Below, piece after piece: positions 26,951 through 37,723 of a DNA stretch of 64,000 nucleotides. The stretch's first letter is position 1. The number at the start of each line of letters is the position of its first letter. The position numbers and the translations under genes are program-made. The DNA is taken from the IMG/VR virus record IMGVR_UViG_3300032223_003493, positions 1-64,000 of that record. One strand, written 5' to 3'. Below the pieces are notes generated by a model. The model saw only the letters and a program-made list of their open reading frames with translations, did no database searches and was not told where the DNA came from. This stretch comes from a virus.

Positions 26951-28422
26951 TAATAACTTCCTGTTGGTTTAAGTACTGGGTCAAATAAATAATTTTGAGT
27001 TGCTACTGAAAAATTAACTTTACCTTTTTGGTAATCCATTCTAGAATGTTCTTCAGATTCAGTTGACCATACAACTTCAGGCAATTCTAACTTAATTGGT
27101 CCCATATCAAAAGTTATACCGTCATTATTTATGCTGCTTGGTCCTGATAAGAATTCAACCATTGCCCAAGGTTTTATTGGACCAGTGTAGGTAATTGATC
27201 CTGAAATTTTACGTCCTTCAGAATAATATGCGTAAGGTAATGAATTCTTAAAAGAATTTATTTTTTTATCACTACTTTTACTGTTTAATGTAAATACTGG
27301 TTTTAAATTATTTTCAATGCTTATTGACATTTCAGTCACATAAATACTATCAAGCTGAGATTGTTGAAATCCCCTAAAAAGCTTTGAATCTAAAATACCG
27401 CCTAAACCAAAAAGACCATATTCTGGAGCACTTTTATAAACTCTTACATTGTATCCATTAAGAATATAGCTTGGTTTTTTCTTAAAGTAATTTTGAACTA
27501 TTGTTGCAAAATTGTTGTACATTTGAACTTGATATGTTCTGTCTACATTCAATACTTTCAAATCAATGTATGCAACTATTTGCTCTCCTGGAACAAAATT
27601 TATTGCAAATTTTTCAACCAAACATCCACTTAGTAATCCTTGTTTCAAAGTAAACAATGAGAATGATGCTTCTTTACCATTTGATTGTGGATTAGCCGAA
27701 ATATAAGAAGTATCTCTTGCAAATGCAGCATTAACTCCACCTCCTATAGTAAGTAATCGATTAGCTTTGTCCACTGCAGTAACTGTTACTAAATCGTAAC
27801 TAGTGCTTGTATCAGATTTTATCTTTGCCTGAAATGGTACTGATAATCCCATAAATTCAGCTATATTGTCAATGTAAAGTTGAGTTGTTCCAGCAGATAT
27901 TGTAGATGAATTATCAGAAGTAAATCTACCTATAAAAGAAGTTGGTGATCCTTTGAAAGCTTCAATACAATAATCAAAAAATGCCGCTAAAGAAAAATCT
28001 AAATATCCCCAACTATCTACTTTAAAAGGATATGTGAAGCTTACATTGTACTCTTTAGGTCCTAATTGAAAAGTATTAGGATTTGCCCCTTCACCCGCAT
28101 ATCTTTCTCCTGCATCAGAATCTTGTGCGCCTTGAATATTGAAATTATCAATAGAAAATAAATAATTTGTATTTATATTTGAAAAAGATAAATTGAAATC
28201 TGGATCTTCTCCAAATTCCCTAGAAAGTGCAAAGATATCATAATAACCAGCTTCAAAAGCCGGGGTATATAAATGCGAGCTGAAGTTATTATAAGCTTCT
28301 TTATAAAGGTATTGAGAAGGTGAATATTCTGAACTTCCAATACTAGGAACTACAACTGTTTGATCTACGCCAAAAGCTTTGATGCTTGATTTTGATGAAC
28401 TGGCTTTAACACTTTTTCTCAT
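26950..28422 (-). CDS. Putative tail tube protein
   Basis: GCLVEKFAINF, MSISIENNL, GRKISGSITY resemble tail tube family strands. Located downstream of connector and terminator genes. Confidence 0.55.
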   Translation of the reverse strand: MRKSVKASSSKSSIKAFGVDQTVVVPSIGSSEYSPSQYLYKEAYNNFSSHLYTPAFEAGYYDIFALSREFGEDPDFNLSFSNINTNYLFSIDNFNIQGAQDSDAGERYAGEGANPNTFQLGPKEYNVSFTYPFKVDSWGYLDFSLAAFFDYCIEAFKGSPTSFIGRFTSDNSSTISAGTTQLYIDNIAEFMGLSVPFQAKIKSDTSTSYDLVTVTAVDKANRLLTIGGGVNAAFARDTSYISANPQSNGKEASFSLFTLKQGLLSGCLVEKFAINFVPGEQIVAYIDLKVLNVDRTYQVQMYNNFATIVQNYFKKKPSYILNGYNVRVYKSAPEYGLFGLGGILDSKLFRGFQQSQLDSIYVTEMSISIENNLKPVFTLNSKSSDKKINSFKNSLPYAYYSEGRKISGSITYTGPIKPWAMVEFLSGPSSINNDGITFDMGPIKLELPEVVWSTESEEHSRMDYQKGKVNFSVATQNYLFDPVLKPTGSY

Positions 28423-28430
28423 ATCAAAAC

Positions 28431-30881
28431 CTATGGTGTAGTTTCAATAGTTATAAGATCATAAATATCCCATAAAATTGGACCATTATTTATTCTTGTT
28501 ACATTAGTTCCAGGTGTTACATAAGCATCCAAAATTCTATCAAATAATTGCAAATCATTTCCCAATGCAAATCTTTGATTTCTTGCAGTGCCTTTTGGAA
28601 CTGTAGCTGTAAGAGTTGTAGGTTCGCCATTTTCACCATTTTGAGCAATGACTGTAACTACTAAATCATTTTTTATTGACTGATCATCTGTTGTAGCAAT
28701 TCCAGTTGTAGAACCATTGAAAACTACATTCGAAGTAGTCAAGTCATCTACATACGGGACATACACTGATAATTTTCTAGGCTCTAATGCAATTCTATTT
28801 GTAAGTTTGATGCCACGTCTTAGGATTTCTCCTGATATATTTCCATCATCAAGATATCCTCTAAATTTGTAATAAGCAGTTCCACCTGTTCCTGTCCAAG
28901 AAGACCCACTATTTACAGAAGTTAATCCTTGTCCAGAACTACCTGATACAACTCTAGTATAAAGCGAAGTAGATCCTAAACCAGTAGCAAAATCTGATGG
29001 TTTATTGATCATTAACCAGTAAGTTGTTCCTTGTAAAAGATTCGCTCCAGTACTAAACTTAACAGTATATTCGTTAGTGCCTTGAAGAACATCGGAATTT
29101 CTTATTACTGATGTGCTAGTAATCATTCCATTAGGTGTTGGTGTTGATCCAGTAGCAGAATAAATTGATATACTTATACCTGTTGTTCCTGATCCTGTAG
29201 ATTGACCGCCAGCAGAATATTTTAATTTTAATGTTACTCCACCAACAAAACAATTTTCATTTGGTGTTATTTTAAATGCTGTCAATCCGTTTCTTAAAAT
29301 TAAGTCTGTGTCATCTTGGATTGTAGCCATTGTATTGTAAGATGGATACTGTATTTCGTTGATATTGGTTAGTTTTCTTTCAATTAAATCACTACTTAAT
29401 TGTGGTTTTTTGTAAACATGATAGAAAAGTGGGTTTGTAATACCAGCACCGGACCAATTCAATTCAACAAGATAATTACTTGTAGTAAAATTTGAAGAAA
29501 CAAGATTACTATAAACTGGAATACTTTCTACATATTCATCCGTTGAAATGTTGTAAACAATAGTAACGCCATATATTTGAGTTCCAGACGATAATGAAGA
29601 GATATAGTTTGAACATGGAATAACTACATTAGTAAATCCTGTTGCAGCTGCTGTGTTATTACTTCCAATTGCTGCATTGTAAGTAATAAGATCTCCTCTA
29701 AAAATAGCAAATGTATGTTGAACATCAGAGCCTATAGTTTCATAATAAGCTTTAGCAAAATTATAAGGCAATTCAAATCTTTCTAGCCCACTGAAAGATG
29801 TGCCTTTGGAATAGAACTCAGTTTTTCTAAAAGGCTGGGTAGCTAATAATTCTCTATTTGTTTGACTGGAATTATAAGATACTGTGCTTAAATATCTATA
29901 AACTGCAGATACTGTATTTGAAACATAATCATTTGTTTGATAAGTGGCTAATGCATTATTTGCGTTAGTACAACTTTGAATAATTAAATTTTTATCTGTG
30001 GAATCACCTAAAATTTGATAAGTTGAAATGTCTGTTGGCATATCAACAATTGTTCTAGTTAAGCCTGTACCAGAATCAACAACAACTGGATTTTCAGGAT
30101 TTTTAACCATAACTTTGCTTATAGGAATCCAGCTTTTTGGAAGAGGCGGAAAATAATTAAAAGTATTTACATTTTCACTTGTTTCCAAAACAGGAAAACC
30201 AGTAATATACTTAACTCTAGGCTGAAATAAGAAAGTAACAGGATTATCCAAATAATAAGTTGCCGGTAATGTTCCGAAAGAAGAACCATTATAGTAAGAT
30301 GGATCAACAACTAATCCTGTTAAATCATCAGTAACATTTGAAAAAGAAATCAAATAATTTCCAACAAAAGCTTGAATTGGAAAACCTAAATTCACAGCAA
30401 TTGTTGCATCTTTCACATATAGAATATTTGTTCCAGACAAACATGTTGTACTTACTGTTGTTGTCCAAGTTTGAGTTGCTTTTTGAACTTCAGAAATTGG
30501 TAAGCCTAAAGTAACTCCATATTTATAACTTGCCCCAAATCCACCTGAGGAATAATTTTTTGACCATTCTTTTTTGAGTGGAATTTTTTGTGGCTGTAAA
30601 TTAAAGATAGAACCATTATAAGCAACTTGTCCACTTCTTACAGTAACATAATATGGATCGTAAGTTATATCGTAAGTTGTTTCACATCCTAGTGGAGCAG
30701 TTTCAAGAATACCAAAATATGGAAATCCTGTGTTTGCCATTGAAAGCAAATTATTAATTTCAAAGATAGAAGAACCAGGAGTGTTGATATCTCCGATGCC
30801 ATAATTCAAAGCATCATAAATATTGCCTACTGTTTTTGTTAATTCAAGAACTATCTCTTCTACTTTTGATGATATTGCCAT
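28431..30881 (-). CDS. Virion structural protein (beta-rich, Ser/Thr/Gly-rich)
   Basis: 816 aa. Contains an AFKITPN...TYW beta-sandwich module; structural block context. Confidence 0.55.
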   Translation of the reverse strand: MAISSKVEEIVLELTKTVGNIYDALNYGIGDINTPGSSIFEINNLLSMANTGFPYFGILETAPLGCETTYDITYDPYYVTVRSGQVAYNGSIFNLQPQKIPLKKEWSKNYSSGGFGASYKYGVTLGLPISEVQKATQTWTTTVSTTCLSGTNILYVKDATIAVNLGFPIQAFVGNYLISFSNVTDDLTGLVVDPSYYNGSSFGTLPATYYLDNPVTFLFQPRVKYITGFPVLETSENVNTFNYFPPLPKSWIPISKVMVKNPENPVVVDSGTGLTRTIVDMPTDISTYQILGDSTDKNLIIQSCTNANNALATYQTNDYVSNTVSAVYRYLSTVSYNSSQTNRELLATQPFRKTEFYSKGTSFSGLERFELPYNFAKAYYETIGSDVQHTFAIFRGDLITYNAAIGSNNTAAATGFTNVVIPCSNYISSLSSGTQIYGVTIVYNISTDEYVESIPVYSNLVSSNFTTSNYLVELNWSGAGITNPLFYHVYKKPQLSSDLIERKLTNINEIQYPSYNTMATIQDDTDLILRNGLTAFKITPNENCFVGGVTLKLKYSAGGQSTGSGTTGISISIYSATGSTPTPNGMITSTSVIRNSDVLQGTNEYTVKFSTGANLLQGTTYWLMINKPSDFATGLGSTSLYTRVVSGSSGQGLTSVNSGSSWTGTGGTAYYKFRGYLDDGNISGEILRRGIKLTNRIALEPRKLSVYVPYVDDLTTSNVVFNGSTTGIATTDDQSIKNDLVVTVIAQNGENGEPTTLTATVPKGTARNQRFALGNDLQLFDRILDAYVTPGTNVTRINNGPILWDIYDLITIETTP

Positions 30882-30882
30882 T

Positions 30883-31737
30883 TTAAATATTTATACTCAA
30901 CTCTGATGAAAGATATGACAAAAGCCTAGTTGGTAAAGGTTTGTCGGAATTTTGCCAATAAGTTTTGAAATCTGGCTCCCAAGTTGAACTTCCTGTCCAA
31001 TTTGTAATAATTTCTTTAGTTAAATTTTTCTGCGTATTATATTGTTCTGAAATTATTGCATAATTTCTTATAATTGATGCTACTACTATTTTAGAAATAT
31101 TTTCTTCTGTATATCCAAAATAGCCTCTTGGTAATCTTTCGTCTATAAGTTTGAAAAATACTCTTGAATTTTTAATTGTTCCGTCATAGTAAGAAACATC
31201 TGCTATAAATTTATAAATTTCTAATGAATAAGTTTTATTTGTAGTGAAAGATAATTCTTGAGTTGTTCTTAAAATTTCTTCAGCTGTACTAATATCTATA
31301 TCTTTACTTATAATCAAAGGACTACCATTTGGATTATTTACAGGTCTTGCTAAAGAAAATGTAATTGCTTGTCCACCTGTATTATCAGAGGTCAAGAAAA
31401 CTTTACCAAAAACATAACTATCTGACATTGTGTCAAGATTTCCCAAAACCTGTTGAATTGTGTACCCTTGTTCATTTCCAGAAGGTAATTCTACATTTGT
31501 TGTAGATAAGACTGTTTTTATAAGACCTTTACCAAAACTTAAAATATCCAAAACCATGTTATAATTTTGTGATTTTATAGCAGACAATCCATACAATAGC
31601 TGCAAATTACGTTCAACTGTGTTATTAGATAAAGCATATTCTTGAGACGCTAAAGCCATATCTACTGTAGTTGCTGTTTGATCTAAAGCGAGCACTAAAT
31701 TGTTCATTGTGATCGCTGAAGCATAGTTCATTGCCAT
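30883..31737 (-). CDS. Hypothetical virion-associated protein
   Basis: 284-aa ORF translationally coupled within the structural operon. Confidence 0.5.
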   Translation of the reverse strand: MAMNYASAITMNNLVLALDQTATTVDMALASQEYALSNNTVERNLQLLYGLSAIKSQNYNMVLDILSFGKGLIKTVLSTTNVELPSGNEQGYTIQQVLGNLDTMSDSYVFGKVFLTSDNTGGQAITFSLARPVNNPNGSPLIISKDIDISTAEEILRTTQELSFTTNKTYSLEIYKFIADVSYYDGTIKNSRVFFKLIDERLPRGYFGYTEENISKIVVASIIRNYAIISEQYNTQKNLTKEIITNWTGSSTWEPDFKTYWQNSDKPLPTRLLSYLSSELSINI

Positions 31738-34700
31738 TACTTGTTCCTGATCACAATCTTGTCAGTAAGTGGAAATCCATAATTTTGATCATTAATTTCT
31801 TCCAAAGTTTTATTAACAACTAAATAAGATAGATTTTCTATTTTGTCGCTGCTTATTAATACTGGACTCACTGATACATCTTGATAGAAAGAGCTATCAA
31901 CTTCCTGCCAAGTTGAAGTTCCTGTTTTTCTCCATTCTAATTTAAGATTATGAATATTTTCATAATTGTTAAATTGTAATTCAAGAGATATTGGTTGAGA
32001 ACTACCAGTAGCTGCATACGAGGTTGTAAATGATGTTGAAGTTGAATTTTTCCAACTACTTATATATGGTTTTTCTTCATTATTGATATATAATTTTACT
32101 CCACCATTTGTAGTTACTTTGAAATCAAAAGTGGATCCTAATGATGCTTGAGTTGTGAAGTTTCCAATTGCAAATCCATTAAAATAATTTGTTTGCCCTA
32201 ATCCACTAAAATTATCAAAGTTTATATTGTGATGAGCTGAAGTTAAATCGCTCATACTATTATTTTCTAAATCAAGGTAATTCCAAGATGATTTGCTATA
32301 CCATTGGGTTATCCAAGTGGGAGATTTATCAAGCTTAATATAAGTTGTTTGCAAATGATTATCAACATAATATTTGAGATACAAATGAACATCATTTGCT
32401 CTTTTTACAAATCTATTTTGATTATCGCCAAAGTAATGAGTATTTGCTGATCCAGAAAGGTTGTTGCTTAAATAGACTTTGTAGATACTGTTAGTTGAAT
32501 CATAAGTTAAATTAGTAATTGCTGTTCCACTAGCAATAACACTTGAAGTTACAGCAATACCAACCATCACTGAAGGATCAAAATTTTCTTCTGGCATATA
32601 AAGTAAATTTGTTCCAGAAGTTCCAGTAGCTCCAATTGATACAACTCTAGAAACAAATGATCTTGGATAAATGTATAGCTGAGATGGGGTAAATAATGTT
32701 TGATTGTTTAATGTCCAAAACTCATCTACATAATAATCTATATCATTAGCTCTTGTAGTATTTGGTTCTGGCAAAATCAAGGAAGATGTGCTAAAGTCTC
32801 TATTGAATCCGCCATAAATTTCATCATCAAGCCCAAAGAAAACTACATAAGGTGTACCTGTTGAAGCTGTCCAAGAATATCCATCATAAAAAGCTAAATT
32901 TGATGCTGTAGGTGCAGATGATTCTTGTATTTGTAATCTAAGGTCATATTTGATTATATAATTTTGATTTGAACTTGTACCAGCGCTTCCTGAAATTGTC
33001 ATAACAGAAGAAGAGCCGATAGAAGCAATTTCATACCAAGTAGAAATGTTGCCATAAATAGTACTTCCAAATCCTATAGAAGCATATTTTTGGTATTTAT
33101 TAAAATCAGCAGTTGAGTTGTTTGATGGATTGTAAAGCCCACTTACTGCTGTTCCACTTACACTTACCAAACCTAAAGTTTTAGCATCGTAATTTGGAGG
33201 ATTGGTGTTAGATTCAAAAACAATCCAATAAGTTCTGTCTTTAGTAAGTGAATAATTTATATAGAAATGAACATCATCAAAAACATTTTTGATGTTCGAA
33301 TAGAAAGCTTTTGAACCAGTTATTAACTTTGTATTAGGTAAGCTATTATAATTATCCCAAATGCTACATTGAATATAAGCATCAGGATTATTCCAAACAG
33401 CCAAACTTTGCAATCTTATCTTAAGAGATTTGATATTTTGATAATCATTCGGCGTTATTTTAAAAGCAAATCTATTGTAATTTACGCTTTTGTATCCACC
33501 TTTAGTAGTTTGGTTTATATTAGTTGCATCAGAAATAGTAATTTGCTGTTTAAAAACATTTTCTAAATTGTTTATAGAAGCATCTGAAGTTGAATATCCA
33601 GCAATACTAATTGAGAAAGAATCAGATCTTAAGTCTAATAAATTTTGTGCTGTAAATGTTTGTAAATCTTTTTTACCACCTACTACCTCATCATAATTTG
33701 AAATCCAGTATTTGCTTCTGTTGTATGCGTAATTAGAAACAGTCATACCAATTTCTTTGATATTTGTAAATGTATTAGGAAATTGACTTGAATCAAGAGT
33801 ATAGAATGATTTTGTCAACTCATAATCATTAATTTTATCTTGTATTTCAGTCTGAGATATATTAGGATTTGCTGATTTCAAACTAGCAATAAAGTCCGCT
33901 TTAGTTTGTTTTGTAGAATCTGTAGGTTGAACTTGTTTTGTTAAAATTGCTCTACTTTCTCCCATTTGCATATTGGGAATAATTGCAGCACTTCCATACA
34001 ATCTATATTCTTCTATTGAATTGAAAGTACCCGGAGCATTATCATTTCTTTCAGTTTGAGAGCCTTGTTTAAAATATCCAGAAGTTGATAAATTTTTATT
34101 TTTTCTATTAGAATATTCATCATCAGTTATATAAAATTTTGACGAATTTAATTTAATATTTTTTACTAATTTATCACTAGTAGCATTTTCAAAAACAATT
34201 GAAAACGAATAATCTTTAGTTAGTCTATTGCCAGTGTTTTCTTGGTCTAATAAATCCGGTATGTTAGAAACTTCTTGGTAAAATTCAAATTCTGTATCAC
34301 TTTCAAAATTGATATCTTTCAATGTCATTCCATTTTCATCATATTTAAAAGCTATTGTAGTTGGAGGATTATTAAGCCAAGATATTAATGCATTAGCGCC
34401 TGGTTCTTGAACTTGAATATTAATAGGCTCTGTTTCTAGTGGACTGTTCTTAATTCCATATTGCAAACTATCTACAGTTGCTTTATAGTTCTCTTCAAGC
34501 GTTAAATATGTGTCATTTATCACAGACAATACTTGCCCATAAACTGTCATATTGTCTGAACTGTAAAGATAATCTCCTTCAGTAATTTCTGTTGTAAATT
34601 TAGACTGATTTCCAATGACTATATTACTTCCAGAAGCAATGGTAATTTTTCCAGTTCCTTTAGTTGTTTGATAATTTGATTTTAAGGCTGGGGCAATAGG

Positions 34701-36440
34701 ATATTTCAGTAAGTTGTGTAATAGAGTAGTTTTCTTAAAACTGTTATTCTTAACATCTATATAGCTGCTAGTACCATACAGTTTAAAATTGGTAAAAGGA
34801 GCTATTAAGTCTACACCTAATTTATCAAAAATATTTTTATAATCTACACTTCTAGTAAAATTTGTCAATGAAATAACATCTTGCAAGGTGTCATTTATTA
34901 AATCGCTATCACCTATTGGAGGAACAGCAAAATTATCAGCTTTTCTCTCTATGTGAACGATTGATGCATTGTTCAAGTTGTATGTAGTATTTGTTTTGTT
35001 TTTTATAGTCCCTGAAGTTTTAAACGATGGATAAGAAAGAATAATATTTGCAATAATATCGTAATCATTGTCAACTGGTGGATAATTTTCAAAATCATTC
35101 CAGTCAACAGGTACAGATTCTTGAGGCATAGCTTTACCAAAAAATAAATAAAAGTCTATGTCTCCATTCTCATATTGATTACCAGAAATAATATTTTTAG
35201 TAGCAATAACAACTGGAAGATACTCAAAAGAATTTAATGATACATAATTTGCTAGTGAATTTGTATCTCCCATACCAGTGAAAGTTTCTGGATACAAATA
35301 TCTAAAAGGTTCAGTAGTGGATATATAGTCGCCGTCAAAATATTTTTGATTTGTTTTGCTTCTTGAAAAAAGATAAATATTTGTATCATTTACACCTGTT
35401 TTATCAAATGTAAGATAATTTGTTATATCCTTTTGTAGATATGTTTTTCTAGGATAGATATTCCAAGTTGAACCTAAATTGCTAGGATTAAAAGTGGTTG
35501 CAGTTCCAGAAGTATATGTTGGATACGAGGATAGAAAATCTGTATCATGAGTATCCCAATAAAAAGCTAAGTGATACCAATAATTTGCTGTCCAAGATGC
35601 TGGTGTCTTGACCTTAAATAAATAATGATCTTTGATTCTGTCAGTTGTTGAACCAGTGGAAGATACTTCTGATACATTATAAGCAAGATAAGTTAAAGCT
35701 AATCCTGACATTGTTCCACTAAGTGAAAAAGTAGAACCTATACCTTGAGTTTTAAGGTATGTATGAGAGGCAATACCTAAATCTTTTGGCGTGTTTGTGT
35801 ACGGATTTATAAATTGAGTACCTTCAAAATAGGACTTTGGAATTAAAATATGTGCTTCATTATTTGATACTGAACCTGTATTTTTGACAGAGATCCATCT
35901 TGATGAATTAAATAAATTTACTCTTTGATATAAACTTCCATCCCATCTTACAGGGTAGTCATAGTTTGTTCTTTCTGATCCGTCTCCTGGCTCAGAATTG
36001 ATGTTGTAAATTATGTAAGCTGTATTTGCATTTCCAGCAGCATTATAAGGGGGAATATAGTATTGCCAAGCATTATAATCCCAAACTCCCCATCCTTCTG
36101 TAGCTGGCGGATTATAATATTGAGGAGTCCATCCACCTGTATTAGCGAAACTTGCAATTTTTAAATCTACTGCGTATTGTCCACCTTGAAAGCCAAAAGA
36201 AATATTATCATCAGCACCAAAAGTCTGATATGGCTTTGTAGTTAAACCATGAGGAGTAAGGCCAGCTAAATCATAGTCGTGAAAAATTGTTGATCCTCTA
36301 AACTTAACCGCAATTCTTTCGTAATCCAAAAAATATCCGTGTTTCAAAGACAAATCACCAATCAAATCTTTGTAAGCGTATTTTGCTTTACCAATTTGAT
36401 TGATGATAAATTCAAGACCTTTTTTGGATACGAGACTCAT
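31737..36440 (-). CDS. Large virion protein with C-terminal PA14-like domain
   Basis: 1567 aa. GKITIASGSNIVIG fibre-type motif, AFKITPN...TYW module, C-terminal FDFKVTTNGGVKLYIN...W...LKLEW (PA14-like). Confidence 0.6.
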   Translation of the reverse strand: MSLVSKKGLEFIINQIGKAKYAYKDLIGDLSLKHGYFLDYERIAVKFRGSTIFHDYDLAGLTPHGLTTKPYQTFGADDNISFGFQGGQYAVDLKIASFANTGGWTPQYYNPPATEGWGVWDYNAWQYYIPPYNAAGNANTAYIIYNINSEPGDGSERTNYDYPVRWDGSLYQRVNLFNSSRWISVKNTGSVSNNEAHILIPKSYFEGTQFINPYTNTPKDLGIASHTYLKTQGIGSTFSLSGTMSGLALTYLAYNVSEVSSTGSTTDRIKDHYLFKVKTPASWTANYWYHLAFYWDTHDTDFLSSYPTYTSGTATTFNPSNLGSTWNIYPRKTYLQKDITNYLTFDKTGVNDTNIYLFSRSKTNQKYFDGDYISTTEPFRYLYPETFTGMGDTNSLANYVSLNSFEYLPVVIATKNIISGNQYENGDIDFYLFFGKAMPQESVPVDWNDFENYPPVDNDYDIIANIILSYPSFKTSGTIKNKTNTTYNLNNASIVHIERKADNFAVPPIGDSDLINDTLQDVISLTNFTRSVDYKNIFDKLGVDLIAPFTNFKLYGTSSYIDVKNNSFKKTTLLHNLLKYPIAPALKSNYQTTKGTGKITIASGSNIVIGNQSKFTTEITEGDYLYSSDNMTVYGQVLSVINDTYLTLEENYKATVDSLQYGIKNSPLETEPINIQVQEPGANALISWLNNPPTTIAFKYDENGMTLKDINFESDTEFEFYQEVSNIPDLLDQENTGNRLTKDYSFSIVFENATSDKLVKNIKLNSSKFYITDDEYSNRKNKNLSTSGYFKQGSQTERNDNAPGTFNSIEEYRLYGSAAIIPNMQMGESRAILTKQVQPTDSTKQTKADFIASLKSANPNISQTEIQDKINDYELTKSFYTLDSSQFPNTFTNIKEIGMTVSNYAYNRSKYWISNYDEVVGGKKDLQTFTAQNLLDLRSDSFSISIAGYSTSDASINNLENVFKQQITISDATNINQTTKGGYKSVNYNRFAFKITPNDYQNIKSLKIRLQSLAVWNNPDAYIQCSIWDNYNSLPNTKLITGSKAFYSNIKNVFDDVHFYINYSLTKDRTYWIVFESNTNPPNYDAKTLGLVSVSGTAVSGLYNPSNNSTADFNKYQKYASIGFGSTIYGNISTWYEIASIGSSSVMTISGSAGTSSNQNYIIKYDLRLQIQESSAPTASNLAFYDGYSWTASTGTPYVVFFGLDDEIYGGFNRDFSTSSLILPEPNTTRANDIDYYVDEFWTLNNQTLFTPSQLYIYPRSFVSRVVSIGATGTSGTNLLYMPEENFDPSVMVGIAVTSSVIASGTAITNLTYDSTNSIYKVYLSNNLSGSANTHYFGDNQNRFVKRANDVHLYLKYYVDNHLQTTYIKLDKSPTWITQWYSKSSWNYLDLENNSMSDLTSAHHNINFDNFSGLGQTNYFNGFAIGNFTTQASLGSTFDFKVTTNGGVKLYINNEEKPYISSWKNSTSTSFTTSYAATGSSQPISLELQFNNYENIHNLKLEWRKTGTSTWQEVDSSFYQDVSVSPVLISSDKIENLSYLVVNKTLEEINDQNYGFPLTDKIVIRNK

Positions 36441-36442
36441 TT

Positions 36443-37219
36443 TTAATATGCAGTTGTTGGTACATTATCTGGACCAAAATAAATTTGTCTAACCAATTCT
36501 TTTGCTGAAATTGTTATATTCCCACTTCTGAAAAGTTGTTTACCTGTAGCATCATCAGAAGATTTGTTATCATTGCAAAGTACGTCATAAAGCATTCTGA
36601 TGGGTTCAACATTATCTGCTTGCATTCTAAGTATATTGTTTCTTGCAGTTGTAGATAAATTTGCTACCGATGTTCCAACCCCTACATCGTTATACATTCT
36701 GATAAATGCTTCTGCTGCTTTGCCTGAGTCAGGTAATGAAGGAGCAGATAAAGTTGCGGGGTGTGTTTCGGACCAAAGAGTGTTGAACTCATTTGTAACT
36801 GCTGTTGCGTATGGACTCAAAACATTATTATGATCTACAGTAAAGTGAGCTGGGGACAGGGTAAATTTTTCACACATTGGACAAATATCAACTACCCAGA
36901 TTCTTCTATGTTTTCTTAAGATTGATAAAATAATTCTTGTTGCTTCTTGAGTTACTCTTTCTGTAGTTTCTAAATTGTCAGCACCTACGTTTACTTCTAT
37001 ACTTACGTTATGCTCAAATTCTTGCAAGCCGAATGAAATATCTTTCAATGGAGAACTTGCACCCTTGAATATAATTGCAATACCATTTGGCCTTACAGCA
37101 GCTTCTCCAATATAAAATCCAGAAACAGGTCTATCAAAAATTACTGCTTCACCTTTTGCATTTTTTGGCAATTCATAAAATAAAATGCCTCTCAAGGTAT
37201 CATAAACTCGTTCAAGCAT
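36443..37219 (-). CDS. Putative tail terminator/completion protein
   Basis: Directly after the gp36-like connector; alpha/beta pattern. Contains a CPMC...H...H insert. Confidence 0.45.
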   Translation of the reverse strand: MLERVYDTLRGILFYELPKNAKGEAVIFDRPVSGFYIGEAAVRPNGIAIIFKGASSPLKDISFGLQEFEHNVSIEVNVGADNLETTERVTQEATRIILSILRKHRRIWVVDICPMCEKFTLSPAHFTVDHNNVLSPYATAVTNEFNTLWSETHPATLSAPSLPDSGKAAEAFIRMYNDVGVGTSVANLSTTARNNILRMQADNVEPIRMLYDVLCNDNKSSDDATGKQLFRSGNITISAKELVRQIYFGPDNVPTTAY

Positions 37220-37228
37220 TTATTTCAC

Positions 37229-37723
37229 CTATTGACTTTGGCCTTTTGAACGCTTGCCCTCTGTTGGGTTGTTTACCACTCCACGTAAGGTAGATCTAAC
37301 AAATCTATCTCCACGAGTATTTCTCTGTCCAAATAATCTAATCTCACCATTTTGAATTCTTACAATTTCATTTTGGGCAAAGTCAAATCTTACTTTTTGA
37401 GCCTCGGAATATTGTGGGTCTGCTCCTTGGAGTGCTTGCATATAATACATTTGTGCAGCAAGAATTGCACAAATAACAGGAACAGGGTGAGGATAAGCAA
37501 CATCTCCACCGATATTAACTTGCTTTAAAGGAACATCATACATCGTGGCAAGGTTAGCATCAATTTCTGCTGATGCTTGTTGGATAAAAAAGTCCAAATT
37601 TATGTTTGATGCCGATTCAGGAGTAGGATTTCTAAAGTTTGGAATCGGGTTATCACCTTCTGTAACAACGTTAGGCGGAAGGTATTGTTTTACATCATTT
37701 GTTGTGCAATAAGAACGTGGCAT
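37229..37723 (-). CDS. Head-tail connector, Mu gp36 / DUF1320-like
   Basis: YCTTNDV...ASAEIDANLATMYDVPL...ICAILAA...RIQNGEIRL. Confidence 0.8.
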   Translation of the reverse strand: MPRSYCTTNDVKQYLPPNVVTEGDNPIPNFRNPTPESASNINLDFFIQQASAEIDANLATMYDVPLKQVNIGGDVAYPHPVPVICAILAAQMYYMQALQGADPQYSEAQKVRFDFAQNEIVRIQNGEIRLFGQRNTRGDRFVRSTLRGVVNNPTEGKRSKGQSQ

